Of a stretch of 64,000 nucleotides of DNA, positions 12,341 to 25,041 are shown piece by piece. Below the pieces are notes generated by a model. The model had not been told where the DNA came from, did no database searches, and saw only the letters and a list, made by a program, of their open reading frames with translations. The DNA is from Podarcis muralis (taxonomy: Eukaryota). Within the stretch, counting starts at the first letter, position 1, and the number at the start of each line of letters is the position of its first letter. The position numbers were made by a program, and so were the translations under genes. The DNA is taken from NCBI RefSeq assembly GCF_964188315.1, contig NC_135662.1, forward strand, positions 87,234,001 to 87,298,000, written 5' to 3'.

Positions 12341-15300
12341 AGTGCAGCTAAGTACGCAAGGTGCTCCAGAAACAAACGCTCTGCTTCATGGGGCTGCTGA
12401 GCAAAAGCTTCGTCATTCCTGGGCTGCTGCTTTTGGAAGGGCTTGAGCATGGACCCCACTTAGTGCCATCAGGGCAGCTGGATCCAGAAGATCCATTATG
12501 GAGAATATACGCTTGGGGGTGCCAAATTACGAAAGATGACCCAAGGCCGCCCCTGATTCCGTGTTGTGTTTGTAGATGTCTTCTCCTGCGTGGAGCGAGG
12601 AAGTAAACCAGGCTAAAAAAACTGCCCTTCTGGCTTGGGTGGAAGAGACGGGAATCAAACTGGTACAGATCAATGGCCAGAGGAAATACGGTGGCCCTCC
12701 TCCAGGTAAGTGGAAGATTATTAGCCTGGGATACACAGATCCATGACCCAAGGATCACCTTTAGAAATACTTTTATGTACTTCAGCTGCTTGGAGGCAAT
12801 TGAAAGGTTACCCACCTTTCAATTGTCATTACAGTGGTACCTCTGGTTAAGTACTTAATTCGTTCCGGAGGTCCGTTCTTAACCTGAAACTGTTCTTAAC
12901 CTGAGGTACCACTTTAGCTAATGGGGCTTCCTGCTGCTGCCACGCCGCCGGAGCACGATTTCTGTTCTCATCCTGAAGCAAAGTTCTTAACCTGAAGCAC
13001 TATTTCTGGGTTAGCGGAGTCTGTAACCTGAAGTGTATGTAACCTGAGGTACCACTGTACTGGTTGCTGGAAATCTCTCAAGCTGTTGTCCCCCCAAAGT
13101 GGGTGAGGGGAGCCTGGATTTCCCTGCTAATGCCCAAGCCCATAGAAGTTCCATGAAGTCTTTCTATTTTACGTTCTTATTGTACAGAATTGTAATAAAA
13201 ATTGCTATAAACTAAAGGCCTGCATTCACGTATGCTACTGCCTGAAGCCTTTCCCTTTGCTGCAGAATCATGTGTGGGGATGAAGCTGGTATAAAAGACA
13301 AGACATTAGGACATGGAATTCTTTTATTTACTTTAAGACAATCAAGCATTGTTTTCACCCTAACTCATGGAGCCTTATGGACAGACACTTTCATTTGATT
13401 CCTTTATTGGAACGTCTAAAATGACAACCATCAGCTGCTATTTTTCCCCCCTGTACAACTACTGAGCTCTGTTTTCCTTGTATGGAACATTTTAAAAAAA
13501 GACAAGTCAATTATGCATCTTCTTTTTCTTTTTCCGCAGGTTGGACTGGCAGTGTTCCACCACCTGGCTCTGAGATTTTCATAGGGAAGATTCCACAGGA
13601 TATATATGAGGATAAACTAATTCCTCTCTTCCAGAGTGTTGGGAGGCTCTATGAATTTCGTCTCATGATGACGTTCAGCGGGCTTAACCGTGGCTTTGCC
13701 TATGCGAAATACGCAAACAGACGCAGTGCCCAGGATGCTATTGCTGTGCTCAACGCCTTTGAAATCCAGGCCGGCCACCCCATTTTGGTCTGCAGAAGTA
13801 CAGACAAGTGTGAGCTCTCCATTGATGGTTTGTCTCTCTCTGTGAGAGAGGGGCACCTTATTCCAATGCTGCAGGAACTTACTGCCGGAGTTCTGAGTGT
13901 TTCCTTGCACCCAAGCCCTTTCAGAAGGGAGAGGCAGTTGGCAGAGGTGAAATACAGCTCCCACCAGGCTGCTGCAATTGCCAGGAAAGCACTTGTGGAA
14001 GGTTTGTCTCATAAATATACCAGTAAAGTCTCATGTACCGTAGGCAATAGAGGCTGGGAGCATGGGGTGCAGCTGGCTCTTCATTGCATCCACCACTCAA
14101 GTACAGGGGCCAAACTCCACCCCCATCATTCAGCCTGGACACTGAGGTTCACCTCCAAGGGTCTTCTGGCAGTTCCCTTACTGCGGGAAGTGAAATTTCA
14201 GGGAACCAGGCACAGGGCCTTCTTGGCGGTGGCATCCTCCCTGTGGAATGCCCTCCCTTCAGGTGTCAAGGAGATAAAAGAACTTACACAACTTTTAGAA
14301 GACATCTGAAGGCAGCCATATATTGGGAAGTTGTTAATGTTTGGCTTTTTTATTTTAAAAAATATATATTTTTCTGGAAGCCGCCCAGAGTGGCTGGGGA
14401 AATAAAATTATTATTATTAAGTGGCACTGGTCACCTAGTTACCTGTCAATTTCACCTTCATGGAAATTTCAGTGACAATATTAACCCCTATGAGAACTAT
14501 TACATCACTTAATGTAGATGAGAACTTTGGAGTGCATACATACAAACTCAAATTATGCAAGCAATGCAGTTAGTATTCATATACATTTTTAAGCTGTCTC
14601 TTTCATATGTAGTCTACTTTTATTTTTTCCTGCTTTGCTGTAAATTGCAGGTGGAATACTGTGAGGAGAGGCCTCTATTTGAACCAAATTTTAAATTGTT
14701 TCTTCTGTTCCGCAGGTAGTTTGTGCCTCTGTGGAGATGACATTGAAGTGGATTGGCTAAAACCAAATATAAAACAGGAACTCCACAGTGCCTCCGTTCA
14801 GGGCTTTCCAGAGATTCCACCATCCAATTTCCCCCACAGAGATGTCCCCTACAAAGCACCTTCTGGGCCTGTGCAACCCGCAGTGGGCAGTGTGCTGGAC
14901 TACCTGAATTTGCAATGCAAGGAACGGCAGCTGGGGCTCCCTGTATTTCTTACAAAATGTATGCAGAAGAATCCTGAAGGATGGTTACAGTTCTGGTATC
15001 AAGTGGTGATACCTAAATATCCATCACCTTTCAGTGGGTTTATCTGGATCAAGCCAGAACGTTCTGGCTTGGAGGCCCATGAGAAGGCCAAGAATGCAGT
15101 GGCACTGCAGCTACTCAAAGCTCTGGGTAAGTGTCCTTGCACAACTTCATCTTGGAAGCAGTGCTTCAGATTTGCTGAAGGCAGCAAAGAGACACTAGGA
15201 TGTCTTCAGGCCTCTCAGATGGTGAGCAAGGCACGTGAAATCTTCAGCTAGGTCATGGGGCTTTTAACCATTATAAAATTGACATAAGGAGGTAGAACCT

Positions 15301-15860
15301 ACCTAAATTAGCAGCTCTTTAAGCAGTAAATCTTTTGTCAAAGAAGGATGCCTGTTCTTTTCAGCCGGCACAAAGTGATAGGAATATGAAACTTGCTGAG
15401 AGATTGAAGCTGATGAATGGTGGCAGCATTTTATATAGAAGAGCACAGGGCTGAGAGGGGTAAGTTAAAGCTGGAGATAGAAAACTTGAGCTTCACTTGC
15501 TTGAGACTGCAACACAGTGCCTGTGGGTGCCCTAGATATCATTGGAACCTGGCCGGAGGTCCCTCGCACTACAAATTCTTTCAACTTTCCAGGCTAGGCT
15601 GCCTGGAGAGAGAATGCTTCTGGGGCATCCCTAAGAGACAGAGATAACAATAAGGATAGAGGGTGAGACAAGTGGAGGCCAGTGCCTGGCCTTTTCAGCC
15701 TCCAAGCACTTCAAAAAAGGAGTTTTCCTGCCTTGTATGTTTGCAGAATAGGTGCCTTCCTGCTTGTTCCCTGTTTTGAGTGTGCTGACTGCTTTTCTGT
15801 ATGTTGGCAACCCTAAAGCCTAACCTATTTCTCTTTCCAACAGGATGCCCAATGGTGTAA
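11773..15860 (+). CDS. DND1: Dead end protein homolog 1 (2 RRMs plus dsRBD-like C-terminus), about 344 aa
   Basis: Exons 11773-11787 (MDGAQ, good Kozak, GTGGGT donor; less certain), 12576-12705 ([24 protein letters not shown]), 13540-14001 ([19 protein letters not shown]), 14716-15126 (VDWLKP), 15844-15860 (GCPMV*; less certain). Total 1035 nt, in frame. Confidence 0.92.
12832..13057. mobile_element. Tc1/mariner-type MITE in DND1 intron 2
   Basis: TIR CAGTGGTACCTC / GAGGTACCACTG, TA flanks, repeated internal TAACCTGA(A/G) motifs. Confidence 0.8.
14115..14420 (+). mobile_element. L2-clade LINE 3' fragment in DND1 intron 3
   Basis: Encodes TLR..GLLAVP..RAF.....LWNALP; similar to the copy at 29010-29420; tail gccgcccagagtggctgggg then AATAAA and (TTA)n. 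Confidence 0.8.
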
Positions 15861-17370
15861 GAGAACAGTCTTCGAGTTTGGGAGAGGTCTGTGTGTCTCC
15901 TATCCTTGCCTACTAAAACCAGCTTGGATAAAATCCATGGGGAGAGAAAGTGTGCCTGACATCTTGTCTTTTTTTGGCAGGAAGCATTGCTGCTTTTGGA
16001 GTCTTGTTAGATTTAAAAAGGTTGTCCATGCAGATCTCGGTACTAAATTGTTTTTGGTTAGTTATTTGAGTATCCTTTTCAGTTTGGGGAAATAATGCAT
16101 GCGTATTTCTCGGCAGGCAATCTTAAGCTGGGGGCATATCTTGCATTCGCAACTTTATTTCTGCCCCTCAAGCATGACAAGTACTGTGTAAAACTACAGG
16201 AATGACTCCTGCCCCTTTCAACACCAAGATTTAGGGCTGCTTAACTTCTTTGTTTACACATAGAAAACATTATTCTTCTTTGTATTTATTTAAGAGTTTG
16301 GAGAGCTTTCTCACTTGTTTGTGACAGTTTGAATTTGTTTTGTAGCTTTAGGCGAGGGGCATTGGACAATTTTTCATGCACAAGGCTGGTATGGAACAAG
16401 TTCCTTGTGTGCTGCTCTACAATCCAGCCTTTTTCTTTAGGAAGAAACCCGCCTGTACTGATTATGTCTTCCTGGGGATTCAGGATGGTGTTTCCTGAAT
16501 TCCTTCATGTGCCTCTTAATAGCAGAACCCCAGGTGCCTTTTTAACACTAGAAAAAGTTCCCAGTGAATAACAAAATGGGATGTATGAAGATTTTAGGGA
16601 AAGGATCAGGCAGAGTCCCTTAAAATTCTCTGACTTTTTAATGTTCATCAAAAATAGTGAATGAATATGTAACATTGGAAACATAGGCACTTGAATATTA
16701 AAATTGTTTTGAATGAAATAAGTGTTGCAATCTCCGTGTGTGAAGCATTTGAAATCTGATAAGATATTTATGCTGGGTTTTGTTTATTTTAGTTATTAAA
16801 TTTGTATGCTGCCCTTCATCCATAGTTCCGTAGGTGGTTCACAACCATAAAATTACAATATAAAATCTACAAAATACATAATAAAGACAGCAAACCAATA
16901 ATCCCCCTTCCCACAGCACATTAAAAAGGGTATTGGGGGGTCAATCAACCAAAGGCTGACATTTTCTGTGCTGTCATGTTGTGTGTTTCAGAGAGTCCTC
17001 TTTCTGTATTGAAGGTACAGGAGCCCTATCCCCTTTTTGTGTCTGACCACCCTCCTTTGAAAGTAGTAGTTAAACCAGTACATACATATAGAGCCAACAG
17101 CATCCCTCCTCACTAGTATTAATCCTGTTTTCTAGCCTTTTCATTCCACGAGATACTCCTCTTCCAACAGAAAGCACAGGCTTTGTCCTGGGTAACTTGA
17201 GATCTACACCTTCCCCTTTTGTAGCAGCCAGGCCATGCCTTTCTCATGACTATGCTGTGGAAACATATATTTGTTTCACTGGATTGGCTCCCACAACTTT
17301 GCCCAATATCTGGCTGTTTGTTCAGCCAAATCTCTGCAAAAACATGACCATTTTGAACAGTCTACATATT

Positions 17371-20300
17371 TTAGTCACTATCCGTTTCCGTGCCACTGGA
17401 GTCTTCATCCTTTGGCTCTGCTGCCTCCTCTCTCAAGCCTGCAAAGAAATCCTCCCCGGTACCAAATGCCTTGTGACTCAAAGACTTCAGCTGCCCACTT
17501 TTCTTCTTTTTCTTTCTGTAATCGTCCACAATGACTGAGTTAAGCGAAGAGATGTCCCAGAACTTCACCTTCTGGTCATGGGCGCAGCTGGCCAGAAATG
17601 GGCCAGTATGGCATTTCGCTAGCTGCTCTATAGGCTCCCCAACATGCTGCCCAACACTGCCAATCACCCGATTGGGCAAGATGTTCACGGCCCTAAAACA
17701 ACAGGGAAAAGCCCGATTAAGAAAAAAGCCAGCTCCTCCAGGACAGCACCTGAAATTCATTCTACCTGCACTTTAAGATGCTCCGGTGAGGGTTGGGAAA
17801 GGAATCTTTCTAGGGCTCAAAATTCCTTTTAAAGGTTTAATCGCTTTATGGAATATAATTCATGCAAAACAATGAGACACTACCATAACAGACTCTATAC
17901 AAAGCTGTATAAACAAACCACAATTGGGGCAAGAATGAAGCTTAAAAGGGGGGGAATGCAAATCTTAACAACAATCCTCTAGAGATGTGCACTGTTATTA
18001 TTTATTAAATTTGTATATTGCCCTATACCCGCAGGTTTCAGGATAAGCCTGTGGTTCCCAGGTGACAAACTACCCAGTGCCCTCTCACCTGATGACTCCG
18101 TCAGTGCAGCCTGTGCACACAATGCTCTCTGTTACTGGAACCATGCAGTCAATGGACTCCGCCTTCAGTGCAAACCGATCACTAGTAGCACCAAAACCAT
18201 CCCAGTTGAAGAGGTAAATGGTTCCCTCGCTGGAGCCACAGGCCACTTTCTTTCCTCTCTGAGCAGCAAACAAGAAATAAATACTGTTTAATCCCTAAAA
18301 AAGCACTGTCATGATTCCCCTCACCGGTGCTATTTTCCTAGAAAAAGGGGGGCTGGAACTCACCATGGACACCTCTTAGAATGGCTATGGTGCGCACCTG
18401 AGAGGTGCTGGAACTGAGTTCCACCTGAAAAAAGCCCTGCCCCTCACCATCAACTAAGAGCCATAAGGCATACCCATCCAAAGGCCTTTTTCTGTCCAAT
18501 AAGAATAAGAATAAGAATTTATTATTTATACCCCAGCCACTCTGGGCGGCTTCCAACAAAGTATTAAAATACAGTAGTCTGTTAAACATTAAAGCAAATG
18601 ACAATGAAATAGGAATATTATGCTGCCCATCAATGCATACTTTTTTGGGCAAGAACATGTTTTTAAGTCCCTGCTCCCAGAAATGTTCAGCTTATCAGTC
18701 CCCATCAGTTCTGCAGCAGCTGCTCCTCAAGGGCCGCTGAGGAATAGGGCTGACCTTCATCAGGGCGATGGCTGACAGGTCTCCATTCTGAGGCTCCGAG
18801 AGCAGCTCAAAGCGCCTTCTCCTGATGTTGAAGACTCCCATAGTTCCGTCTCCGCTGCAAGAAACAGAATGGAACACAGTGATCATTTACTTATCGGGAG
18901 CATCCACAAGTGTTTCCAGTTAGTTTGGTGTTCTGCCCCCCAGAAATACATTTCAGGATATCAATAGGTATCCATTTCAGTGGCCCTTGGAAAAGAATTG
19001 TGTGTGTGAGACAGAGGGAGACAGACTCTTAACAGCTCTTGGCCTCCCACTGCAGTCAAAGCATCTCCACCACTGAGGGAGAATAAATCAAGCCCACTAA
19101 TCCCTTTGTTTAAACTGGAGAATTCATGAGTACCTGGTGCTGAGCAGCACTTTCTTGTTCCCATCGATGGCCATGTCACTGATATACTCCTCGTGCTGCT
19201 TCATCTCCATAATGGAGGTGCCTTTGCGCAGATCCCACACTTTCAACTCCCCACGGTCATCTCCTGTGGCAAACAAGTGCTCATCTATCACCAGCAGACT
19301 GTTCAGAGCAGAACTGTGGAAATTCCAGAGTTGTAGCAGCAGAATCCACGCTACAGATAGCCACTATATTACACAAGTGCCTGATTCCCTCTCCGAGTTG
19401 TTGCCCTCGGCAAGGTCTCAACAGCCCCACAGAGGGACCACGAAGAAGGGAAGCAAACTGGAACTGCGCTAAAGGGCAGAATGAGGGACTTGATAGAGAG
19501 GATCATCTGAACCTATGAACAAAGAGAATTCTTTCTCCGCACACTCCTATTATGGGAGCCACACGAGCAAGAGAAAATTCATTTTCCCTCCCTGAAAGAT
19601 GTCAAGCCTTACTTCATCTGCACTTGGGCCCTAATCATGGGTTGTAGTCAACCATGATGAGGGTCCAACTGCAGATGAAATTAGTGAACCTGTCAGTCAT
19701 GTCCATTAACTTCAAGGGGTCCACGCTCTCCAACTTCCAGCTCCCAGTATTCCTTCCTCACCCTGAATGAAGTGTACAAGGGAATAACAATAGAGGTACA
19801 GGCAGGGTTTAAAGAAAGGGTGGGCAACCTGGCCCAGGGCCAAAAGGCAGCCCTTAAGGCTTCTTGGTTTGGCCCTCAGAACTCTCCCCACACCATCTCT
19901 GGCCCGGCTTTGCCCCACAAGTGGTGGTGAAAGGTGTGTATATACTATATATAATGNNNNNNNNNNNNNNNNNNNNNNNNNNNNNNNNNNNNNNNNNNNN
20001 NNNNNNNNNNNNNNNNNNNNNNNNNNNNNNNNNNNNNNNNNNNNNNNNNNNNNNNNNNNNNNNNNNNNNNNNNNNNNNNNNNNNNNNNNNNNNNNNNNNN
20101 NNNNNNNNNNNNNNNNNNNNNNNNTTTCTAGGTCACAACCACCCTGCAATGACATGCCATGAAGGCCACAGGATGGTTGATGACAGGAGGCTGACTGCTT
20201 GCAATGATGCCGGTGTAGCAACCCTTTGCGCTTGCAAGATGGTACTTCCAGTGGATATCCACTGGAATGGATGCTTATCCACAGGATGGGACTGCAAGGA

Positions 20301-23300
20301 AGGTTTGCGGATTTCCTACTGGCTACTGGAAGTACCATCTTGATGGAAGTACGAGGAAGTGAGACCAAGATTCAAATCCCCACTAGGGCTTGCAACTCTG
20401 TGGGTGACCTAGGGCCAGTCATGTCCTCCCAGCCTAATCTGTTTCACAGGGTTGCTGAGAAGGGGGAGAACCAGGCACACCACCTTGCGCTCCTTGGAGG
20501 AAAAGGAGTAAGCACACTCCTATAAAAGCAAACCATCAAGGAGTCCCCAATGCTTACTTGTGAGCCTTGGAGAACCTGGTCACGAGACGACCTTCCTCCA
20601 CACTTAGAATATGAATGGATTTATCTTTGGACACCGTAAAGAGCTCTAGAAAATGGAGAGGAACACACAGATCACTGGATATACTCAGCAACTTAAAGGG
20701 AATATTTGCTGACTCCCTTCTGAAACAGAATAGCCAGAACTTCACATCAAAATCCACAGAGTATAAAAGCAGTCCTGTTTATTTGATTAGACTTTCCAGA
20801 AATATTCCAAGGACATTGTCCCAGCATTATTCAGAAGTTTATTGAAGATAAATGTTAATCTGCAAATAATGACATACAGATAATTCTTCAAGAATCTGTT
20901 AACATATACATTCAGTGCTTTTTTCTGGGGGGACACATATCCCTAAACATTTTGTGAATCTAAGATTGGCCTCATTGAGGGTCAGTATTTCTAGATGAGT
21001 AGGAAAATGAGAGTATCCCTAAACATTTTTTTTTAAAGAAAAAAAGCACTGTATGTAATGTTCTCCAGCATGAAATTGCATTGCCTGTTATTGTGATCAA
21101 CAGCCAAAATACGGTACTTGCTTGCTATTTTGGGATTAACATAAATATCTAGTAAATTGTCACGCCATAATGCATTTTTAAAAAGTTTACTCTAAGCTTT
21201 TTCTCCTACTGGGATTCAAACAGACTTATACAGGTTTACTCAGAAATCCTATTCTGTTCAAGGGGGCTTAATCCCACAAAGGTGTGCCTGGGATTGCAGC
21301 CTTAACACTCCTTCTCCAGGATGATAAGCAGAGGAAGCTCATTGTTCTAGTGAAGGCGTCTCAAGACACTGCATATTTAGGAACCATGAAATAAACGAGC
21401 CCCAAAGAGGGAAGTACTCACTTTGTCCATCATGGGAAAAGGACACTTCCCGGCAGGATTTTAAATGATGTCCTGAAGACCAAAGCTCCTTGTTCCCACC
21501 TTCCAAACAGGAATATGAATATCTGAAATATAGAAAAAGGTGGAGGGATAATCAAAGAACCTGTTGAAAGCAACTGGAAAAATTATACCTAAAGATGAAA
21601 ATTGTACTGGAGGAAGATTGGCAGAAGAGTTGAAAGGGAATTTCAATGAGGAAGAAGAAAAGGGAATTTCAGTCTAAGACATGGTACGCAAATTTTTTTA
21701 TAATAACTTCTTTTTTAAAAAAAGGAACAGCAAGTTAGATATCTGTAGGATTGTGTCTTGAAACTCCCCAGTTCTGCAGCCATGAAAGCTGTTGCCTTCA
21801 TGCCCTGCTTATGAGCCCTTGGTATGATATGAAGAGATGAAGGAACCAAAAACTTGCAAGTGGAATATTATTAATATTTGCAAACTTTTCTTGGCATGCC
21901 TTCATCTGGCTGCAGAATGTATTTTCTGCCAGCAACTGGGGTGATGGGTAGAAAAAGGCTCTAGAACAGCTCCATCACCAAGCTCTCTTACGCAGGAGAT
22001 TCTCATTCATCAGATAACTAGGTCATGATAGGTTCTCCCTATAGTGCAAACTGACAATGTAAGTCCTCTATCTTGCTGGACTACTGATATGGGAAGGGGG
22101 AGCACTCTTTGGGTTTCATTCTTGCATCGCCCCCATAAGGGCTCACCCAGCTACGCCATCAGTACTTTTCTCAGAGAAGCTGTACTCACAAATAGACATC
22201 ACCATCCACGTCTCCAGCAGCTAGGACATCCCGACAAGGGTGGAAAGCGATGGTGTTTGCTGCTGCCTCAAGGGAAATGTCTTCCGGAGTGTCTCGAGGT
22301 CTAGGCTCAGGTTCTGTCTCCTCCTCACTTGAATATGCCTTGGTGGGGAATAAGAGGGAAGAATCAGAACTCCGCAGAGGCCCTACAACCCTCAACTTTC
22401 AGAGGTCACCATCATAGGCATTATGTTATATATTGGTTGATCTGTTCAGAACTGGTTTAGACATGCCTGGTCTTCACCAACCGCTGATGGGTCTTGATGT
22501 ACCAACATAGAACTTTCTGGTTTTTTGTTTTTTGTGCAATTCCAAAATACATAGTAGGCAAACACCTTTATTAGGTCAACCAAAATTCCTATACTATGGA
22601 TTATGGGATTTTTATAATGGGCCAAACAACTACCTTTGCTTTGTGCTTTCCTTTGGAGTCAGGCTAGAATTGCTCAGTCCATGCCAATCATGAATTATAC
22701 AGCAGTAGCTGATTGCCATAGGGGACGCAGGTGGTGCTGTGGGTTAAACCACAGAGCCTAGGGCTTGCCTATCAGAAGGTCGGCGGTTCGAATCCCCACG
22801 ACAGAGTGAGCTCCCATTGCTCGGTCCCTGCTCCTGCCCACCTAGCAGTTCGAAAGCACATCAAAGTGCAAGTAGATAAATAGGTACCGCTCTGGCGGGA
22901 AGGAAAACGGCGTTTCCATGCGCTGCTCTGGTTTGCCATAAGCGGCTTAGTCATGCTGGCCACATGTGGTGGGTCATCTCATTGCATAGTTAGCAAAGCT
23001 GACTATGGGAAGCATCACAGAACCTGACTCTTGCCCCCAGTTCTGCTCCTGCAGTGCTGAAACGTTGTAATTGGTGTATGTGTGTATTCTGCATTCCGCG
23101 AGGCGGGAGGGGAGGGGGCGGTATGGGATACTTACTGTCCTGTATTGATATGCTGTCCAACGCCTTAAAAAAAAGGGGGGGGAGTTACCAGCTAGGGGGC
23201 AAAACCCCCCTCTCTTTTAAATTACAAACTTTTATTGAACACTTTTAACACAATTACCTAGAATGAAGTGTTGCCTCTTCCAAGGCAAATATTTATGGGA

Positions 23301-24720
23301 CCGCCTCTCCTGGTATGCCCTGCAGAGGACCTTAAGGTCCATGAATAACCATAGTTTAGAGGTCTCGGGCCCTAAGGAAGTCAATCATCCTCCACCAGGG
23401 CCAGGGCCTTTTCAGTGATGGCTCCGACCTGGTAGAATGCTCTGTCCCATGAGACTAGGGCCCTTCAGGATTTAACGTCCTTCCATCGGCCCTGTAAGAC
23501 AGAGCTATTCCGCCTGGCCTTTAATTTGAATTCAGCCTGATCTTTTATTTCCCTTCTCTTCCCTCCCCCTCCCCTTTTAAGAACGATTACCTGCTCTGAG
23601 ACCCCACAGCTAATTCTCCCCTGGCCTCCTCACTGGCCCAAGTAGGACTAATTCAGCCAGCTAGCCCTGGTGACTAATGCTTATTAGATGGATTTCCCCT
23701 AAATTGATTTCTGAACTTTGAATTTTATTGTTATTCATGTTTTTATACTGTGTTTTATGTTGCTCTTACAATGAAGTGCTTTAAATTTGTTGTTAGCCAC
23801 CTTGAGCCTGGTTTTTTGAACCGGGAAGGGTGGGGTATAAATAAAATATGATGATGATGATGTAGGTCTCGCACGCTGCAATCCACATGGCACCAAAAGA
23901 GACTCGGGGAACCTTTTACATTGCAGATTCAGCCCACGCCCCCAAGGTGTGCGTGGCTTCCCTTTAAAGTACCAACATTGAAAGATTGGCAAAATAATTT
24001 TTTTGAAATGATTGAATTAGCAAAAATGACGGCAACAATTAGAATGCAATCTAATCCAAATCTCAAACAGGAACGGAAATGTGTAGAAGAATACATGACC
24101 AAAAGATGCTCCAACAAAGTTAAGTTAAGCTAATCTAAGCAGATATATAAAATTGAATGTTTAATTATTAAGATATGAAATTACAATCTCAACAATAAAG
24201 TTACAAAATAATAACAAGGAAGTCACCCACGGGTGGAGGGAAGACACAGGGCAAGAAATAAGAAATGGATAAATGTTGGTACATAATGAAATGTGAAAAT
24301 GTGAATTTACGAATATAATGTATATGTATCAATATGTAAAGATTTCATATATGTATTGCAATATTAATCATAAATAAATTAAGTGCAAAAAATAAAATAA
24401 AAATAAAGCGGCGGCGGCAGCGGCCCCGTGCTTTTGCTCCTAAACCGTATAGCTCGAGAGGCCACGGAGGCAACGCCGCCTTTCTCCGGCTACCTCCCTC
24501 TCTCCCTCTTCGGGGGCGCATTTCTCCAGCAGCACGCGAGGCTCGCGGAGCCTCTTCTGGGGCCGGGAAAAGGCAGCCGCCGCTCGGGCAAGCCTCCGCA
24601 GGGCGGCCGGGAGGGCGGGCAGCCACCCCTGGCCCCCGGTGGGCACCGGGGTCTTGTTCTGGCAAAGGGGTGCGTGTGTCTCCGCTCAGGAGCGGCACTC
24701 ACCTGCTCGGGCGCAGCCAT
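17371..24720 (-). CDS. WDR55: WD repeat-containing protein 55, 375 aa
   Basis: Exons in transcript order 24720-24703 (MAAPEQ), 22338-22190 ([19 protein letters not shown]), 21522-21422, 20645-20558, 19313-19134, 18854-18755, 18258-18089, 17692-17371 (DFFAGLREE). All GT-AG; total 1128 nt. Confidence 0.96.
19957..20124. other. Assembly gap, 168 N, in a WDR55 intron
   Basis: Run of N; the flanking WDR55 exons join in phase, so no coding exon appears to be missing. Confidence 0.99.
20913..21051. mobile_element. MITE, probably hAT-type
   Basis: TIR CAGTGCTTTTTT / AAAAAAGCACTG; TSD degenerate; a related fragment lies near 25420-25480. Confidence 0.55.
22721..22966 (+). mobile_element. Sauria SINE, 3'-truncated, older subfamily
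   Basis: tRNA-like head GGGGACGCAGGTGG...GGTTCGAATCC and body GTGCAAGTAGATAAATAGGTACC; the ACCTTT tail is missing. Confidence 0.9.
23281..23862 (+). mobile_element. L2-clade LINE 3' fragment
   Basis: RAFS/LW-type ORF2 remnant (gccttttcagtgatggctccgacctggtagaatg), 3' UTR ending gggtataaataaaat(ATG)n. Confidence 0.6.
23974..24407 (+). mobile_element. L1-type LINE 3' fragment in WDR55 intron 1
   Basis: [26 protein letters not shown], like squamate L1 ORF2 ends; AT-rich 3' UTR and A-rich tail next to the CpG island. Confidence 0.6.
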
Positions 24721-24900
24721 TTTTACGCACGCGCGTCTTGCTCCGGCAGATGCGCCCGGAAATGTTGGCGCCGGCGCGGGGCCGGGAGGGCGGAGAGGAA
24801 GGCGCGGAGGAGGGATTTCCCTCCCGGGCTCGCAGATGCGATTAGAGGCGGAGAGTTCAACGCCTGAAAGCGGGAGGCGGCCATTTGATTCCTTGTTTAA
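24405..24900. promoter_or_regulatory. CpG island, WDR55 promoter/exon 1
   Basis: GC/CpG-rich block around the ATG at 24720; YY1-like AAAATGGCTG overlaps the start codon. Confidence 0.8.
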
Positions 24901-25041
24901 TGCCAGTTTTGTTTGGAAGGTCGGTAGCCGGATTCGTGAAAACTGGGTTATGACTTATATTGTGCGATCTGTCCATATGAAATCTTGTTTTTCCGCAATA
25001 ACTGCGTTTTCTGACTGATCTCGATTGGATTTAATTTATGG

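Noticed and set aside
11187-12459. Many overlapping long ORFs on both strands (up to 179 aa) at the DND1 5' end
   Set aside because: GC-rich CpG island with few stop codons; Arg/Pro/Gly-rich low-complexity translations with no recognisable domain.
16687-16692. GCACTT (miR-430/427/302 seed match) in the presumed DND1 3' UTR
   Set aside because: A single 6-mer is expected by chance and conservation cannot be assessed.
19712-20368. ORFs spanning the N run
   Set aside because: Open only because gap codons translate as X.
24345-25018. 196-aa + strand ORF and neighbours at the WDR55 promoter
   Set aside because: CpG-island artefacts; only MAAPEQ on - fits a spliced gene.
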